Assembly (NCBI GenBank): GCA_025201805.1
Contig: MU619257.1
Coordinates: 74,615 to 138,614, forward strand
Source: Parasitella parasitica NRRL 2501
Taxonomy: Eukaryota > Fungi > Mucoromycota
DNA: 64,000 nt
Direction: 5' to 3'
A model generated the notes under the pieces. It worked only from the letters and a program-made list of their open reading frames with translations. It had not been told where the DNA came from and did no database searches. Position numbers and translations under genes: made by a program. Below are positions 12,394-26,996 of the stretch, piece after piece (within the stretch, counting starts at the first letter, position 1; every line of letters begins with the position of its first letter).

Positions 12394-12653
12394 GCCTCAA
12401 TAAACTTGTGATAACAAACACTCGCTTTTGGAGTGTTTCAAGTTACATTTTGACAGACTGTTTCTGGAACATGATTTATGAGCCAATGACAGCAACTTGT
12501 CAATCTCGAACCATCATGTAAAAATCCCATGTGGTACGTTTTTTTTTTTTTTTTTTTTTNNNNNNNNNNNNNNNNNNNNNNNNNNNNNNNNNNNNNNNNN
12601 NNNNNNNNNNNNNNNNNNNAAAAAAAAAAAAAAAAAGTACCTTCAATACGGAG

Positions 12654-13650
12654 ATGCCAAACAGTTTATCTAGTTTAACGGACAGCTTCGAAGCAAGCGG
12701 TATCACGCATACCATTGGCAATTTGGCTCGTGCAGCAACGACCCGCCACCGCCATTCACAGCATTTGGGCACAACCACTGCTTTACCTGTGCCGCAGCCA
12801 CCTCAGCATACCAATGTCTCCACTCATCTTCATGGCCACGCCGCATCAACCAATGCTTCTCATTGTTTATCCGCTGATCACTCTTCAAATACGCCTACCA
12901 ATGTCGCTCATTCGCCGTCAAATAGCTCTTCGCATTTAGAGAGCCGAAGAAATTCTGCAGTCGGCCTATCTGCTGTGGATGGCCCCATTAATAATATGAC
13001 AATTGAGTTTGACGGCGGCACGCACGTCATTGTGCGACCGAACCGTATTATTCGAGGCAAAGTCGTACTGACTGCAGTTGAAAGATTATACGTTACGAGG
13101 ATTAGGATCAAGGTAACCCATTGTACAATCATCTTTTGACGCATTTGGCTAATATAATTTCAAGTTTCGAGCCGAAGAAGTAGCCGTCGTACGAATAGAT
13201 GAGGGAGGAGGAGAAAATAAAGGTGGCGAAAGATTACATGAGACGATCACCACCTTTTTTGAGGCAGATTGGAGACTTTGGGGAAATGAGGCTACAGGTG
13301 GGAAGAAATTACTATATACAAAGACGTCATTTCTAACAATTCTAACAATTTGCAAAGCTTATTCACAAGCTGGTTGGGATGAGCTGGAGCCTGGAAAGTA
13401 CGAATTTCCATTTGCTTTAAAGGTGGTGTATATTTATGCTAATTTTGTGTATTAATGGACCGACTAATGTATCATCACTAGTTTCCAAATGTTAATTATC
13501 CTCCCTCAATGGAAGAACCAAAAGGATTCAGCATTCGATATGTTTGGACAGCTCAAGTGGATGGGCCTGCTCTTCAATCTGGATTGAAAAGTAGAGAATA
13601 TCTAACACCTTACAGACCCATCATTGTGTCAACGCCAGGTAGGATATGCG

Positions 13651-13684
<34 letters not shown>

Positions 13685-14566
13685 TTGCAACATTCATGAT
13701 TAAAATGCCCAAAATAGACCGTCAATGGGAATACAGAAAGACTTTAATGCGAGATAAAAAAACAATCTTGGCTGATGTGATTGCCAAGCTGGCGAAACAA
13801 TCCTACTGTCCAGGTATACATGCAAAATGCCAAACAGCTTATGATTAACACTGCGTAAATAGACGAGCCATTTGCTATGCATCTAAAGATATTTTTGGGC
13901 CAAGCAGATTCTCGAATCACATCCGTTGGATTCAAGTTTCGCAAGCATCATGAGGGCAAAATGTTGGTGCAAAGAGGAACAGCGTTTAGAGAGCATATTC
14001 GTGTAGTGCTACAAGGTCAAATACCTGTACCTGGCTCAGATTTCAAATTTGAGCAAGATATATCATTCGATGTCCCCACTAGGCTTGTTTCACCATCGTT
14101 TATCTCGCATCACACAAGAGTGTATTATGACATTCAATTTCAAGTGTCTGTTGAGCACGGTGGACTATTCAAATCAACACATACATCTGAATTCGCTATT
14201 CCGATTACAATCGCAAATTTACCTTATGATCAGCTGCTGCGGATCACTGGCCTAACATCAATTGAATTCTACAAAACAAGCAAAGCATGCCCGCAATTCT
14301 TTGAGCCAACCCTGGAGGAACCACCAGAGCAGTCTGCACTTCCTAGCGAATTGTTGGGTTCTATCCAGACTGCTCTGATGACTTCAACTCCTCGCGATGA
14401 TCCACCAAATTACTTTAGTATTCCAACTTTACCGCCACAATTAGAGTTACGTAGAGAGCGAAAAGAAAGATCTGTGTATATGACGAGAACTGCTAGTGGT
14501 AACATTCAGGGCTCAGAACTAGCGGAAGCAATGGTGATCCCTGGACTGTTTGATGAAAGCTGGTAG
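12654..14566 (+). CDS. Alpha-arrestin family protein
   Basis: IRGKVVL...IRIKFRAEE, LEPGKYEFPFALKFPNVNYPPSME, arrestin-C-like VYYDIQFQV...IPITIAN, PPxY motif (PPNY). Five GT-AG introns. Confidence 0.85.
13653..13683. repeat. (TG)n microsatellite in an arrestin intron
   Basis: Direct reading. Confidence 0.9.
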
Positions 14567-14830
14567 CATAGCCCACTCTTCATGTACATACAATATTATT
14601 AGTACTAGACCCATTTATATTAATAGCTCTTTTGTTTATATATACATTTACTTATATATATCTTTGTTGCTGGCATTGACAACTTTTTGTTGTTAATAAC
14701 TTTAATATGGAATTATATAAAAAGCTTAAATTTGCCAGCATCTTATACAAGGCACCTTGCTTATTCATATTACATAACACTCCCTGGTAAAAGAGTATCA
14801 TAAAAGATTATTTGACGGATTCGTATTATT

Positions 14831-15247
14831 ATGACCACCACTCAACGAGATCAAGAAATATATGCTCAGGATATCTTGTACATGATCCCCAGCAATAAAT
14901 GTCAGTACGAGAAGGACGACGAAAAAATACTTTTACAAGAAGATGATAATGACGAATTCTTTTCATCGTCATCTCACACAAGACAGTTTCTCGACAATGC
15001 GAAATATCAGTACATTACGCCAGAATCACCCGTGCTGACAATTCCCCGTAAGCTTATCCCAATTCAACTCTACGATAATACATCTCCCTCCTTAACTCTG
15101 ATAGACCTACACCCTCAAAAGTCTTTGGATTGTCTAAGAAAGTCCGTCGTGCCTCGATCAAAATCGCCCAAAAAACCATCTTTGCACAAGTCTATCTTTC
15201 ATAGAATTAAAATATTCTTTTTCTATTCAAATAAAAAAATAAACTGA
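14831..15247 (+). CDS. Hypothetical protein (138 aa)
   Basis: Single ATG-initiated ORF with acidic and Ser/Pro-rich segments; no recognisable domain. Confidence 0.5.
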   Translation: MTTTQRDQEIYAQDILYMIPSNKCQYEKDDEKILLQEDDNDEFFSSSSHTRQFLDNAKYQYITPESPVLTIPRKLIPIQLYDNTSPSLTLIDLHPQKSLDCLRKSVVPRSKSPKKPSLHKSIFHRIKIFFFYSNKKIN

Positions 15248-15271
15248 TTGCGTATTTGATATTACCCAATA

Positions 15272-15910
15272 CTATTTAATGATCAAGACTGGGCAATGTA
15301 CATGAGATTGTACATAGTCGCTGAAGCTACCCATGAAAAACCTATTTTCCCATTAAACTTGGTACCCTCTAATCCTCATAAAATGAATGACATACCTCTT
15401 CCATCCCGACAAGTTTCGACTGCCCATAATTAAGCAATCCATGGTATTGGTATTTAAATATTCAATCAAAACATCGCATGCGTGTGTCGTGTCTGTCTTG
15501 AAGACGTGCAATTTCACTTGAAATCCTGCTGCTCTAATCTTGTCGACTACTTTATCCATAGCCCTGGTCTTTTCCAGTGTCAACTATACAACTATTTAAT
15601 ACACTACGGCTTCTTTTTTCCTCCATCCTAATGTGCACTTGCCTCTTTTTCTATATTCTCGAGTGAATCCGTAGGAGGCAGCTCGATAGACTCTATTTTA
15701 AGGTGTGTCAACAGTTTGCATCCATTAGTGACCAGTATTTATATTAACTATACCTTGCTCGCCAAATTCACAATCCAAGACCATGACCATGATTGCATGA
15801 ATTTCGTCGGTAGGTCTCAGAAAATTTTCAATAGCCCACTCAACAATCTTATTTGCTTCCTCTGATAAAGGATCGATAGCACAAGCAATTTGACGTATTT
15901 TATTCGACAT
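15272..15910 (-). CDS. Universal stress protein (Usp) domain protein
   Basis: RQIACAID...VEWAIENFLRPTDEIH...DCLIMGSRNLSGWKR|FFMGSFSDYVQSHVHCPVLIIK. Three introns; 15642-15584 is GC-AG. Confidence 0.9.
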
Positions 15911-16159
15911 TTTTATTATGCAAATTCAGAAAGAAGAGAATCTTTCTATTTATACTGAAGAAATGCTTTACATTTACACTTGACAGCACAAATGATTGGA
16001 TACAAATTGCTACAAGAAATCACCTCTTTTTTTTTTTTTTTTTTTTTTTTNNNNNNNNNNCATTCACCGGAAAAATGACGTACGAAACATTGTCTTGTAC
16101 TTGGTTTATTGTAGCTTTATCAATCACCTTGTTTACGCAGCTTGTTTCGTAATTAGGTC

Positions 16160-17541
16160 TTATTTATCATCCTCCGCAACCGGCACAATGGGTTCTATCG
16201 TGATAGTAGCGTCCTCAATAACAGGCTGCTGCTCCCCGTTGCCAAAAAACTTGTTATCTACAATATATCGGAGACACTGTAAAATCACACTCTTTTCTTG
16301 CATAATTTCCTTTTCCAACAGCTTGAATAATAAATTGGGCTTTTTTCTGATTGCAGGAGTATTTCTTGGTTGTTTGGGCTGTTTAGGCTTGGGCAGTGAT
16401 TTTTCATGAGAAAACCCACAATCATCACCTCGTTTGCAGCTTCCCAATATGAAATATTTACACCTTCTTTTAGGTCTATCTTCAGGTAGCAGCATCTTTC
16501 CCATAACTGACGGATCTTTCGAAGAAATGGCATCTTTTTCAGGATCCATAAAATCATCCGAATCTGAATTAGAGTCGTAGTGAGTAGCTACCAAAGATGA
16601 CGCCTCTGCTTTGTTCTTTTTCTTTAGCTGTTGTTCGTTGTTGGTGGTTTTGCCGTTTAATGTGCGCTTTCTATTTAATGGCAATTCGCCACGAGAATCC
16701 TTCTCTGCATTCTCCTGTTGTTTTCGCTCCATATTATCTTTACTGGGCCAATTTTTCTTCCTAGCCGCAATCCACGCTTCCAGTTCTTCAGGTGTGTCGA
16801 TTTTAGGTGCATTAGGTGGAATTACACCGTCGGGTCGCGATCTATACGATAAGCATCAAGACTTGTACATGTGCCAAGCGATTGAAACTTACGGTTTTTT
16901 GTTGGTTTCCGTTCTTTCTTTCCCATGGGCAACTTCTTCATGTTCTTCTAAGACCGATTTTAGGCACATATGATCACAGCTAGGACATTGCACATGTAGT
17001 TTTTCATGCTGTGCCACTGCAATCGCACTTTTCAGCCATCGATTACAACAGAATTTTGGCCTAATTATTATATTAACGGCATGAGATGGTTTTAGATAAT
17101 TATAGATAAATAAAATATATACTTTTTAGGTGATGGATCATTTTCATTAATGAGTGTAGCAGTAGCAGATGATGCTGGATTGCCAGAGGCGAGAGCAGAG
17201 ACATTTGCCAGAGTAATATCATTGTAATTTATCATGGGCCGTTGATCGTGCATAGCATAATATTCTACAGACGGATACTGTTCCTGCTGACAATTGCTTC
17301 CTAAAACTGAAGATATCGAAGCTGCAGCCAAAGCTCCCATAGCTTGTCTTTGTTGTGTTTGTTGCTGTAATTGATATACCATTGAAGATAATGCTGCTGA
17401 CGGATCTCCTTGAGGAACATGATGTTGCTGCTGTTGTTGTGGGTGATTGGTGTAATATTGCGGATAGTAATAAGGGCTATATGGGTATTGTGTATCATTA
17501 TTATTATTATTATTGTTGTTGTTGTTGTTGTTGTTGTTCAT
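16160..17541 (-). CDS. NUFIP1/Rsa1-like box C/D snoRNP assembly factor with C2H2 and CCCH zinc fingers
   Basis: Spliced exons give C2H2-like CPSCDHMCLKSVLEEHEEVAH, NUFIP motif TPEELEAWIAARKKNWPS, CCCH CKYFILGSCKRGDDCGFSH, and C-terminal LLEKEI...ILQCLRYIVDNKFF. N-terminal polyN/Q. Confidence 0.8.
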
Positions 17542-17870
17542 TTTGTAAGCTACAAGAGAACTTTGTAAAGAAAAAAATTGTGGATCATTTCATGCTATGC
17601 AAAGTTAAAAGGTCACAGTGGCGGAGATAGTAGCCAGAATAGATCATGCAGGTTCGCTGCAACGCCGTAATCGAGCAAAGCGAGATAGAATAATTAGTAT
17701 CAGCATACAACTTTGGCAGAAGGCTACAGTTTTTTATACTTAAAGAGTGCTCTGAGTGGGCAAAAATTCTTTTTTTAGATGTCGTTTTCAGACTAACTTG
17801 GCAGACATGAAAGTATTTATCGACTGCCTTTCCAAGTAGTAAGAAGAAGTTACATCCAGGTATGAGGTCT

Positions 17871-17931
17871 TGGCCAGGCTAAGTGAAATTGAGTCGGTTT
17901 AGATGAAATTTGGGCCAGTTTAAGTGAAATT
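17871..17931. repeat. Three imperfect ~20-bp tandem units ending in GAAATT
   Basis: TGGCCAGGCTAAGTGAAATT / GAGTCGGTTTAGATGAAATT / GGGCCAGTTTAAGTGAAATT. Confidence 0.6.
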
Positions 17932-19420
17932 ACTATCGCGCACAACCGAAAAAGATGTCTCAATGCCTTTCCTAAAATATTAATACCCGAAAGTGCAAAC
18001 ATTATCAATCCAAAGACTTTTTATTGCTGCACTTTATGCATCAAAACACAGTAAGATTTGTTTTCTTATACAATAAATTAATGGCGTGTTTTTTCAAATT
18101 ATAAAAAGTGTGGTATTTGGGGAAGCATTCAGGATTAGTTGTGACCAAACTTGCTCTCTCAAGATTCCAAAACCCTAGTTGTATAAAGGTCCTTATAGGG
18201 CAATCTGAAGATGAGAAGCAAAAATAAACTCCACTTAACTGCACGAAGAGTGTTGTCTTTGCTGGCGTTTCCCTTAACAGCAGTACAATTACAATTGCAT
18301 ACTTGAATACAATTCTGGGGATTGGAAGCCTCGCAGAGCTAGATGGAAGCTCGATTTTTACTGTGAGCGGGGTGACCAGCTCGTTGATGACAATACACGA
18401 AGATAAACTCTGTTATTTACACTTTATGAATGATCCGATGTTCGTTTTTAAATAAAGGTTGTGTTTTTTTCTCGCTATTATCTCATTCTTCAAACAAAAA
18501 ATGAAGGAGACAATGGCAATTTTTGTGGATTCAGCCAGCTATTTTGCGCCTGTAGATCGCTTTCATATGGTACGTTATGTGCAATACTGTTACTCTGGAT
18601 AGAGACATCGTCCTCACATAAAACTGTTTGGAATAATAGACGTAATCTAGGTGAGATTTGAGCTTCACGTTATTCTTTAGTACACGGAGGAAAGGCTGAC
18701 AGGTCAAATTTACCAAAAGTACCATACTATTCTAGACGATTCAACCGCAAAGATTTGTGTTGGGCTAACCCCAATTATTCTCTCTTCAAATCTTTTTGGA
18801 TGGTCAGAAGCAAAGGATGGTCAAGTACTTCTTATAGTATTGCGTGAGATGAATAGCAAGAAAGTACGTCTGCTACTTAACTCCATTGATATCATTATGG
18901 TATTACGAGTTTCGTATGTTTGGGGTGGTCAAATACTCAAGATGCCAAGCATTCTAGCCAACGAGTACAAAACATTATTGATAAGTGGCGCAAACAAAAG
19001 AAATACGATCGTAATAAGAACAGAAAGCGTTACCTCAATAATCACATTTGGCAAATACCCATGTACCCATTGCTTTCAACGTTACATATTATATTACTGC
19101 ATTCTCCTATATCCGAACAGCTTGTTAATTTCCTAAATGTTAAAAAGGCAGTTGTTTATCAAATGGTAAGCTCTGTTTTGAAACACTTGATGTCCTGCAT
19201 TTAAAGTGACAAATACCTCAGCTTCCCAAAGAGGCTGCGTGATACTCTAAGCACAGTATTTACTCTTTCTGTCACAAAATTGGTGCTTTACTTACTACAT
19301 TATATTGATATGGCTAAAATATAGCATCCTTATAATTAGATGGCAATATTATAATGGGATCACTATAGACTTACACTTATATCCCGACATGAGCCTTAGA
19401 CATTTACTAGGTTTAGCATA

Positions 19421-19859
19421 TGTTACGAGCTTGTACCATTTAAGATCTATGCTTCAGATGTGTATCCCCAGTTTCCAGATACGCGCTACGAGACATATAC
19501 ACATATCCACGATACTAGCTACAGATGTATTATGTAAACAGATTTGTACAGTATGTGCAATACTATAGATATGCTCATGACATGATACATATATTATTCA
19601 AAGGTGATATATACCAACTGATATACACTCAGACATATGCTATTGATATAGACTAAATAAGACTATAATAGAAATGATATACGCTTAAAGATTGATATTA
19701 ATATCTTCGTATAAAAAGGATTGAACAGGGTACCACGGATAAAGTCTATTTATTCACTTAAATACTTATACTGAGCTACAGTATCTTTAATCTGCTGATA
19801 AGATATCGTTTAGCACGAAATCAAAGATGCTAATTAATCAGAATTGTTGTCGTACTACA
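19421..19859 (+). mobile_element. Possible solo LTR
   Basis: Starts TGTTACGA and ends TCGTACTACA (imperfect inverted termini); internal TATAAAAGG; no ORF. No target-site duplication found. Confidence 0.25.
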
Positions 19860-22036
19860 CGCCAATTTATGATAATAAAATTTATCTGTGGCTTATAAAG
19901 GTTCATCTACCTGGCCAGTAAATGAGCAGGAGCTTTATGCATTTGTCGATTTGGTCCTGTAATCTATTCCTTTATAAACTTGACATTTTTTTTCTTTTCA
20001 AGTGAATCATATAATATCCTTATCGATTCCACAAGCCCTACTAAAATATAAGTCTTTATTTATCCGATATTATGCTTCTCAGATTTGTTTGTACCGATTT
20101 GAGATCTGGTTTTATGGTCAATTATGCTCCCCATTGATAAAAAATTCCAATATTAAATAATGATAATTCCTACACACACAGGAAAGAAAAAATCACGTGA
20201 TTTTATTTCAAACTTCGATACAGAAAACCAAAAAACGTTTGATAGACATTGCCCAGTGGAAATCAAGTTATGCTCAGATAGCGATGATCATGCCTGTTTT
20301 TATGAAGCATAAAACAGGGTTTATTTTGGTCGTTATAATAGCTTTTAGTACTCTAATAAAGCTGAATTAATAATAGCCGTAAAAATAGCTCTCATGTGAT
20401 GACAACGTTTCTGATACTCCAAGGACAAGATTTGGGCTAGAACATTTGTTTTTTTTTGGTGAGATGTCATTGAATCTTGAACTGCCATAATTATAGACTG
20501 GAGATGATGGCAATATACTTTAATTGATGATTGAAGATTGTCCAATGATGTGATGTGATAAGCTTATGTAAACTGGGGAATGTTTCAAACCAAGAAGATC
20601 ATTCCTGTAAGTAACACAGATCTGAGCACCAGGATAAAGGTTAATAAATTACTGTTAGATCAAAGACGTGTAGCCCTTGTTGTATAACCTTACATTGGAC
20701 CCTGTCAAGTAGATTGCCACTGTGAATTAGTCTTGTCAATTAGTAATCTAAATAAGTCTCACCATAAATTTATGTAGTTGTAAAAAGTATAAATAGTAGA
20801 TGCAATTCCGATCTTAAACAAAGTATCTTTAAGTTTTCGTATTTCGTTAACCTTTGGTTCTTATTATCTTTCTTTGATCCAAAAAATCTCATGCAGCTTG
20901 CAATTGAATATACCTGTTATCAAGTCTCTTATAAATCAAAGCAATAGTGGTGTTGAACTTCAGAATTATTATTGAATATTTCTAACTATCATGCTTCCTT
21001 TTTTATCTGTATCATTGCAAATAAGGTATTGCGCTCAATAAATCAGGACTTTTCTCAACTTTCTGCGTCAAGGCTACTAACATTATTTGCTTCAAAGAAA
21101 TGTAGATAGGTTGTATACCTTTACTGGGGGGGGGGCAAGGATTTTCTGTGGTAACTCAATTGAAGTTGGGACATTAATGTGGGATCTAGAAAGAGCTTTT
21201 TCCATTATTCAATTGATCATAAAGATTGTAGGAAGCAGTGTAGACCTTGGTAAAACTTTTTTTCCACCAAAAGAGTCAGGCCTAAATCGTGTAGATTTAA
21301 CTATATTGTTAGCACTTTTTTTGTCTTTTTATAACTATTCTTATCTTCAGTGAATTTTCCGTTTGTCGCAGCGTTGTATCAGGAATAAGATTGGCTTGCA
21401 TTGTCGGAAAGAGCTTTATTTCCGTTTTGGGTAGTAATAGTTGGGTCCTTCTTTTGCATACGTTGAATAAGATACGTAATTGTGCTCCAATTATTACGGA
21501 GCTCCTTTAAACCGAAAAACTCTACTAAGAAAAAGAAGTATACACGTAAATCACAATATTGAGATTTTAACATTTCCCGAAAAAAAAAAAAAAAATAAAC
21601 AGTTCTCATAAGTATCAAAACTGAATGTGCTTCTAAAGCTAGTTGGCTTTTGAGTAGTCGTGACCATAATGACTAGAAGCAGATATTTATCAACTTGCCA
21701 TGAACAGGTTTGATAAAGCATTGCGCATCGAGAGCTGTTCAAATCAATTTGCTTGTATGCAAAAGTTGCTTACCAATTTTATTTTCAAGTCCTTAAAATG
21801 TCACAATAACTCAATGAAAAGATTGTATATTTCTTTATATATACATATAAAGAAAATAAAGGTATATATACTATTCAAAGGACTCTTTCGTCTTTAAAAA
21901 GGTGTAGCTAAAGATGTATGGTTAAGCTTTTTTTTACTAAAGGTGTTACGTGGTCATTAAATGCAGATTTAAACCTATAAGCTATGTTGCGAAAGCATTC
22001 AATAACTCTTTTCTATATTTATTTGGAAAACAGTGG

Positions 22037-23466
22037 CTACAAAGGAACTTTACGCAATGCATGAATAGCCCAGAAATTGGATGTCAATAAAGCCAGAGCA
22101 CCAGCCTGATGAGCAGCACCTAAACTAATAGGCACCACGTAAATAAGAGTACAGATACCCAGAGTGACCTGAGTGGCAACAGCAACCATCATGGCACTAC
22201 AGGCAGCACGAGCATTGGGGGGTAGTGGCAAGCGACGAGAATACAGCCAGAAACCAGTTGTGCACAATGCTGTCAATTCAGCTAATGTGCGGTGATCAAA
22301 CTGAGCAGTAACAGGGTTTTCCAGCAAATTGCGCCATTTTCCATGATCAGTGTCCTTTTTGTAACGATCGTCCCAAAGTTCGCTCTTGGGAGGAATGTAA
22401 CCTTCACCCATTTTAGGATATTCAGTATAGATTAAACCAGCATCCAAACCAGCAACGATACCACCAGACAAAGCAGTGATAAAGATGAGACCGCCGAGCC
22501 AATGAGAATACTTGCGCAACTGTTTCAGCACAGGGCTGTTGATCATATCTGCCACTTGCTTGGGGTAAATACCTTTAGCCAATTTATCGTTGCGAAGAAT
22601 ATCAGCAGCCGAGAAAATAGCACCCGCGTATATGACGAAAGCGGTGCAAAGATGGGCAGTTAAGCGGTACTGGCTGACGCGAGGAACAGCGCCGACTTCC
22701 TTCATGAGAGCATCGCTCAGGCCAGATTTGACCATAAACCAACCCATAAAGCCTTGGAAACCCATGACGCTAGCAATAAACAACACTTGCTTTTGGACAG
22801 ATTTTGTCATGTATCCACGACGAGCAAAGTATAAGCCAGGCAAGATGATGGACATGCCAATGAAACGACCAATCATACGATGGCCCCATTCCCAGTAAAA
22901 GATGCTTTTGAAGTCTTCAATTTCCATATGGCGATTTAATCTACATATCACAAAATCTCAATGGTTGTTACACGCATGATAGAGGATCACATAACTTACA
23001 GCTTATATTCTGGGTACTGCTTGTATTTCTCAAATTCATCTCGCCATTCCTGCTCAGATCTAGGCGGTTTCATACCAGAGATAACGTTCCATTCAACAAT
23101 CGATAAGCCAGACTCAGTTAGACGAGTTAAGCCACCTACAACTACGATAGCGAATACCATGCCAGCATTAAAGTAAAGCCAATACGCAACAATGGGCTTA
23201 GTGTGAACTACTACTGCCGTAGCAGCATTAGCTGCAGCAGGGGAAGTGTTGAATGCAGCCATAGTAGACATGAATTTGGTTCGCCAATTTGTTGTACGAG
23301 TCAAATTAGCTAGCATGTTGCTACAAGGTCTATGAGGTACTTGCATTGATCTGAATGCATTGGGTTTGGCTACTTGGTGTAATGTGCGAGTAAACAGCGC
23401 GTGAGAGCTTAGAATGGGCCTACTGCGACCAAGACATGACAGTCGCTGTAGAGTACGAGGTATCAT
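22037..23466 (-). CDS. COX15: Heme A synthase
   Basis: [56 protein letters not shown]. Arg/Ser-rich mitochondrial presequence. Intron 22999-22941. Confidence 0.97.
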
Positions 23467-24191
23467 AATCAAGACAAGAGCATCCAAAATTCAGATGAGC
23501 AGGGAGGGAATTATATAGAGACATTTGGCGGGAAAAAAAAATCACCTCATATTTCTGATAATGTGTCAGTTTAGCTTTTTTGTTTATTTTTTTTTTTTTT
23601 TTTTTTTTTTATCAAGAAAGCGCGAGGACGTAAAAATGAATATTAAAATATGCTCCAGATGAATTATGGATATATTGCATTTGGTATTCTTAAGCAGTAA
23701 AGGGGCGATAATAAATCGATGAATATTTAAGTCCAGGATCTACCGTTATGTGTTGCTTCCAAAGGTCGAAAAAAACCCCATTGTTGGCATATATCATCAC
23801 CAGGAGGAAAAGTTAAAGTGTGCAATATAGTGCATAAATGCAAATGCAAGGATCTGGTATGTTCAGTGGAAACAGAATACAATGGCACTACTCCCCCCCC
23901 CCTCCTTTTTTGCACGCATTTTACAGTGTTCTCTCCGCAAATTACAACATTTCTAAATTGCAAATAGAGCTATCACAAACATTACATGTTGACCTCCTTT
24001 TTATATCAATGATATTCCCTTTATCGCCCCCCCCCCCTTGCGTGGCCTGCTATACTTCCCCCTCCATCATCCAATCTTATCTGCCGAGTGCTTGATTTAT
24101 TAATCTTTTTTTTCTTTTCNNNNNNNNNNNNNNNNNNNNNNNNNNNNNNNNNNNTTCTGATAATCGCACATACGCGTGCCTTGATATAAAA

Positions 24192-26655
24192 ATGACAGAC
24201 GAATACTTGCTGGAAGACAACAAGAGCTGCACTACAACCACAACCACCACTACAAGCGCCACTACGGCCAGAAAAAACAACCAAAACACATTCTCGTGGT
24301 CTTCAACAAGCTCGTCGTTTTCAAATTCAACGCTACTGACACATGAAGACGGCGCACAGGAGGACGAATTCTCTTCGTTGTACTTGTTGGAGTTGGGCGA
24401 ATTTTTTGACTTGGCAGATAGCGACAAGAAGGAAAAGAAGCTGAGTGAAATACTAGGTCGAGCTGCTTCTCATGGAGACATCCAAACAGTGCGACAGATT
24501 ATCATGGATGAGAGACTGCGTCCGTATTTGAATTTGGATGCATCAGATGATGAGGAAAACGACGGCTCGACACCGCTGATATACGCAAGCTGTTTTGGTA
24601 AGCTGGATATTGTGAAATACTTGCTTCAAGTGGGCGCCAAAGTCGATGTGCAAGACAAAAGTAAGCGTGGCTCTCCCTCTCTGAAATATGCATGAATTTC
24701 TAATCAAATTATAATAGTCGGCTGGACTGCTCTCATGTGGGCTACAGCAAACGGCCACCACCAGATTGCACAAGTGCTGCTGGAATACAGTGCCTCCTCA
24801 GAAACCAAGTCTGCAAGTGGTAGGACAATATACGAGCTAGTCGACATTGAAAACAAAAATATGGTCAGCCTTCTGAATGAGAGAAGGCCCCAGGAAGCGC
24901 AAACACAATTACAACCACAGCCCATCACTGCCATCGATGCCGAAAATCACAGCGACCTTTTGCACTGCGAAGAAAGCTTTCGATCTGTGCACAAGTTCAG
25001 CTGGGACCAATGCCTACCAGACCAGATGTTTGTATTTGCTGAGCAAGATGTAGACCATATATTAAATGTAGCCATATCAAATTTAAAACTGCCCATCAAA
25101 TCGAGATCTGAAATTTACGTTCCTGCCAATGTCATATTCCTGTCCGCAAGGTTTGCCCACTATTTCACCAGCAGAGAGTTGGTGCATGAATTGCTGTCCA
25201 AAGCAGTACAAAAGATTGAATGTGTAGTCAAGGTTGGTATTCGCACAGGTCCATTTCAAAGTCTGATTTACTAATGGCGCACAGTCAAATGCAAGCGATA
25301 TCCACACGCAGGCTTTCTGGATTGCAAATCTGTCTCAGCTGTTGTATTACCTGAAAAAGGACTCTGGACTTGTAGTTGCAACAGCAGAGCACCAGTTAGA
25401 AATATCCGAACTTATTTCAGAAGCGTATACTTTACTCGTGCTTGACTCTGAAAAGAGAATGGACCGCATATTGGAGCCAGCAATGGTCGAGTTTGAGCAG
25501 ATTGACGGCCTTCAAGTCGTTGAATTTGCTAATGATTGGCATCGATTCTTCCGTCGTAGCAGATCATCGCCACCAAACAGGAGGTCGTTTGGAAATACTA
25601 GCGGAAACGATTCAATACAGGCATCCTTACCACCGCAACAGCAGCAGCAACAACAGCAGCAACAGCAGCAACAGCAACAGACAAGAGCCACCTTGTCACC
25701 ACAATCAATTACATCACTGATGACCTCTATTCTATATGTGCTACAGTCATACGACGTGCATCCAGTTATAGTGATTCAAGCAATGGCACAACTGTTTCAT
25801 TTTCTGTCATGTGAAGTGTTTAACCGCATACTGTTCAACAAGAAACATCTATGCAGATCAAGAGCGTTGCAAGTTCGCATGAATTTGACGGTGGTTGAAG
25901 AGTGGATTCGAGAGCATCACCTTCCAACCACGTTGGGGGCATATTTTAACCCTGTTGTGCAGTTGGTTCAGTTACTGCAATGCGTGTCCCAACTGACAGA
26001 CCTCATGGATTTCATCAACACAGTCAAAGCGTTCGATCTCTTGAACCCTATGCAAGTGAAACGTCTTGTCCTCAATTACCGCTATGAGGTCGCAGAACCG
26101 AAGCTGCCAGAGGAAATCGAAAAGTACACAATGCAGATTGCAGAGGACACGCTAAAGAGCCTTCAAATGGAAAAGCAGCAGGAAGAAAAGAGATCTATAG
26201 ACACGACTAGCAGCAGACCAAACAGTATATCCAGCCTAGGCAGCTTGCTCCTGTACAGCATGTCGCAGCAAAGGAGAAGAAAGTCCAATGTTAGACTGTC
26301 TGTGCAAAGCCTGGAGATAGCGGCACCTGCGGACGACGATACATGTTCAGTACAGAGTTGTGATGATGATTCGGCCAATAGCAGAGAATGGATCATTGAA
26401 AAACGGGATTCTAGATATATGCTCCCATTCTCACTGCCCACCACCACCAATATGGTGCACTCGGGGTGGAACAAAAAAAACGCTCAGGAACGAGAATTAC
26501 CAGCGAGAAACATGAGCCTGTCAGACAGCATCTATTTTGAACTGAAGCACAAAATGTCGGTCGAACGAGAAAAGAGTATGCGAGAAAGAGGCATTGTACC
26601 ATCAATACCAGAGGAATGGCTAGAAAGGTTAGATTACCACACAGGTCAATACTAA
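24192..26655 (+). CDS. Ankyrin repeat + DIL (dilute) domain protein
   Basis: ANK repeats (GSTPLIYASCFGKLDIVKYLL; GWTALMWATANGH), FSWDQCLPDQMFVF, DIL motif FNRILFNKKHLCRSRALQVRMNLTVVEEW. Two introns. Confidence 0.88.
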
Positions 26656-26996
26656 TAAACCCGCACACACAACCGATTCTCCTTTATTTTTTTTCATTTT
26701 TTTTTTTTCATTTTTTTATATTTTCCCTCCTTGAAAATTTATATAAAATTTACCCCTTTTTTTATGGTTGTTCCGAGTAGTTTATTCACGCTGCACTGTC
26801 TTTCTTTTTATTGTTATTTCCCTTTCTCTCTTGTTCTACTCTTTTCTCTCTCTCTCTCTCTTTCTCTCTCTTTGCCAAATAATTATNNNNNNNNNNNNNN
26901 NNNNNNNNNNNNNNNNNNNNNNNNNNNNNNNNNNNNNNNNNNNNNNAAAAAAAAAAAAAAAAAAAAAAAAAAAACTAATAAAACTATAGCATAAAC

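Noticed and set aside
12541-12635. PolyT...polyA inverted structure
   Set aside because: It flanks an N gap and is likely an assembly artefact at homopolymers.
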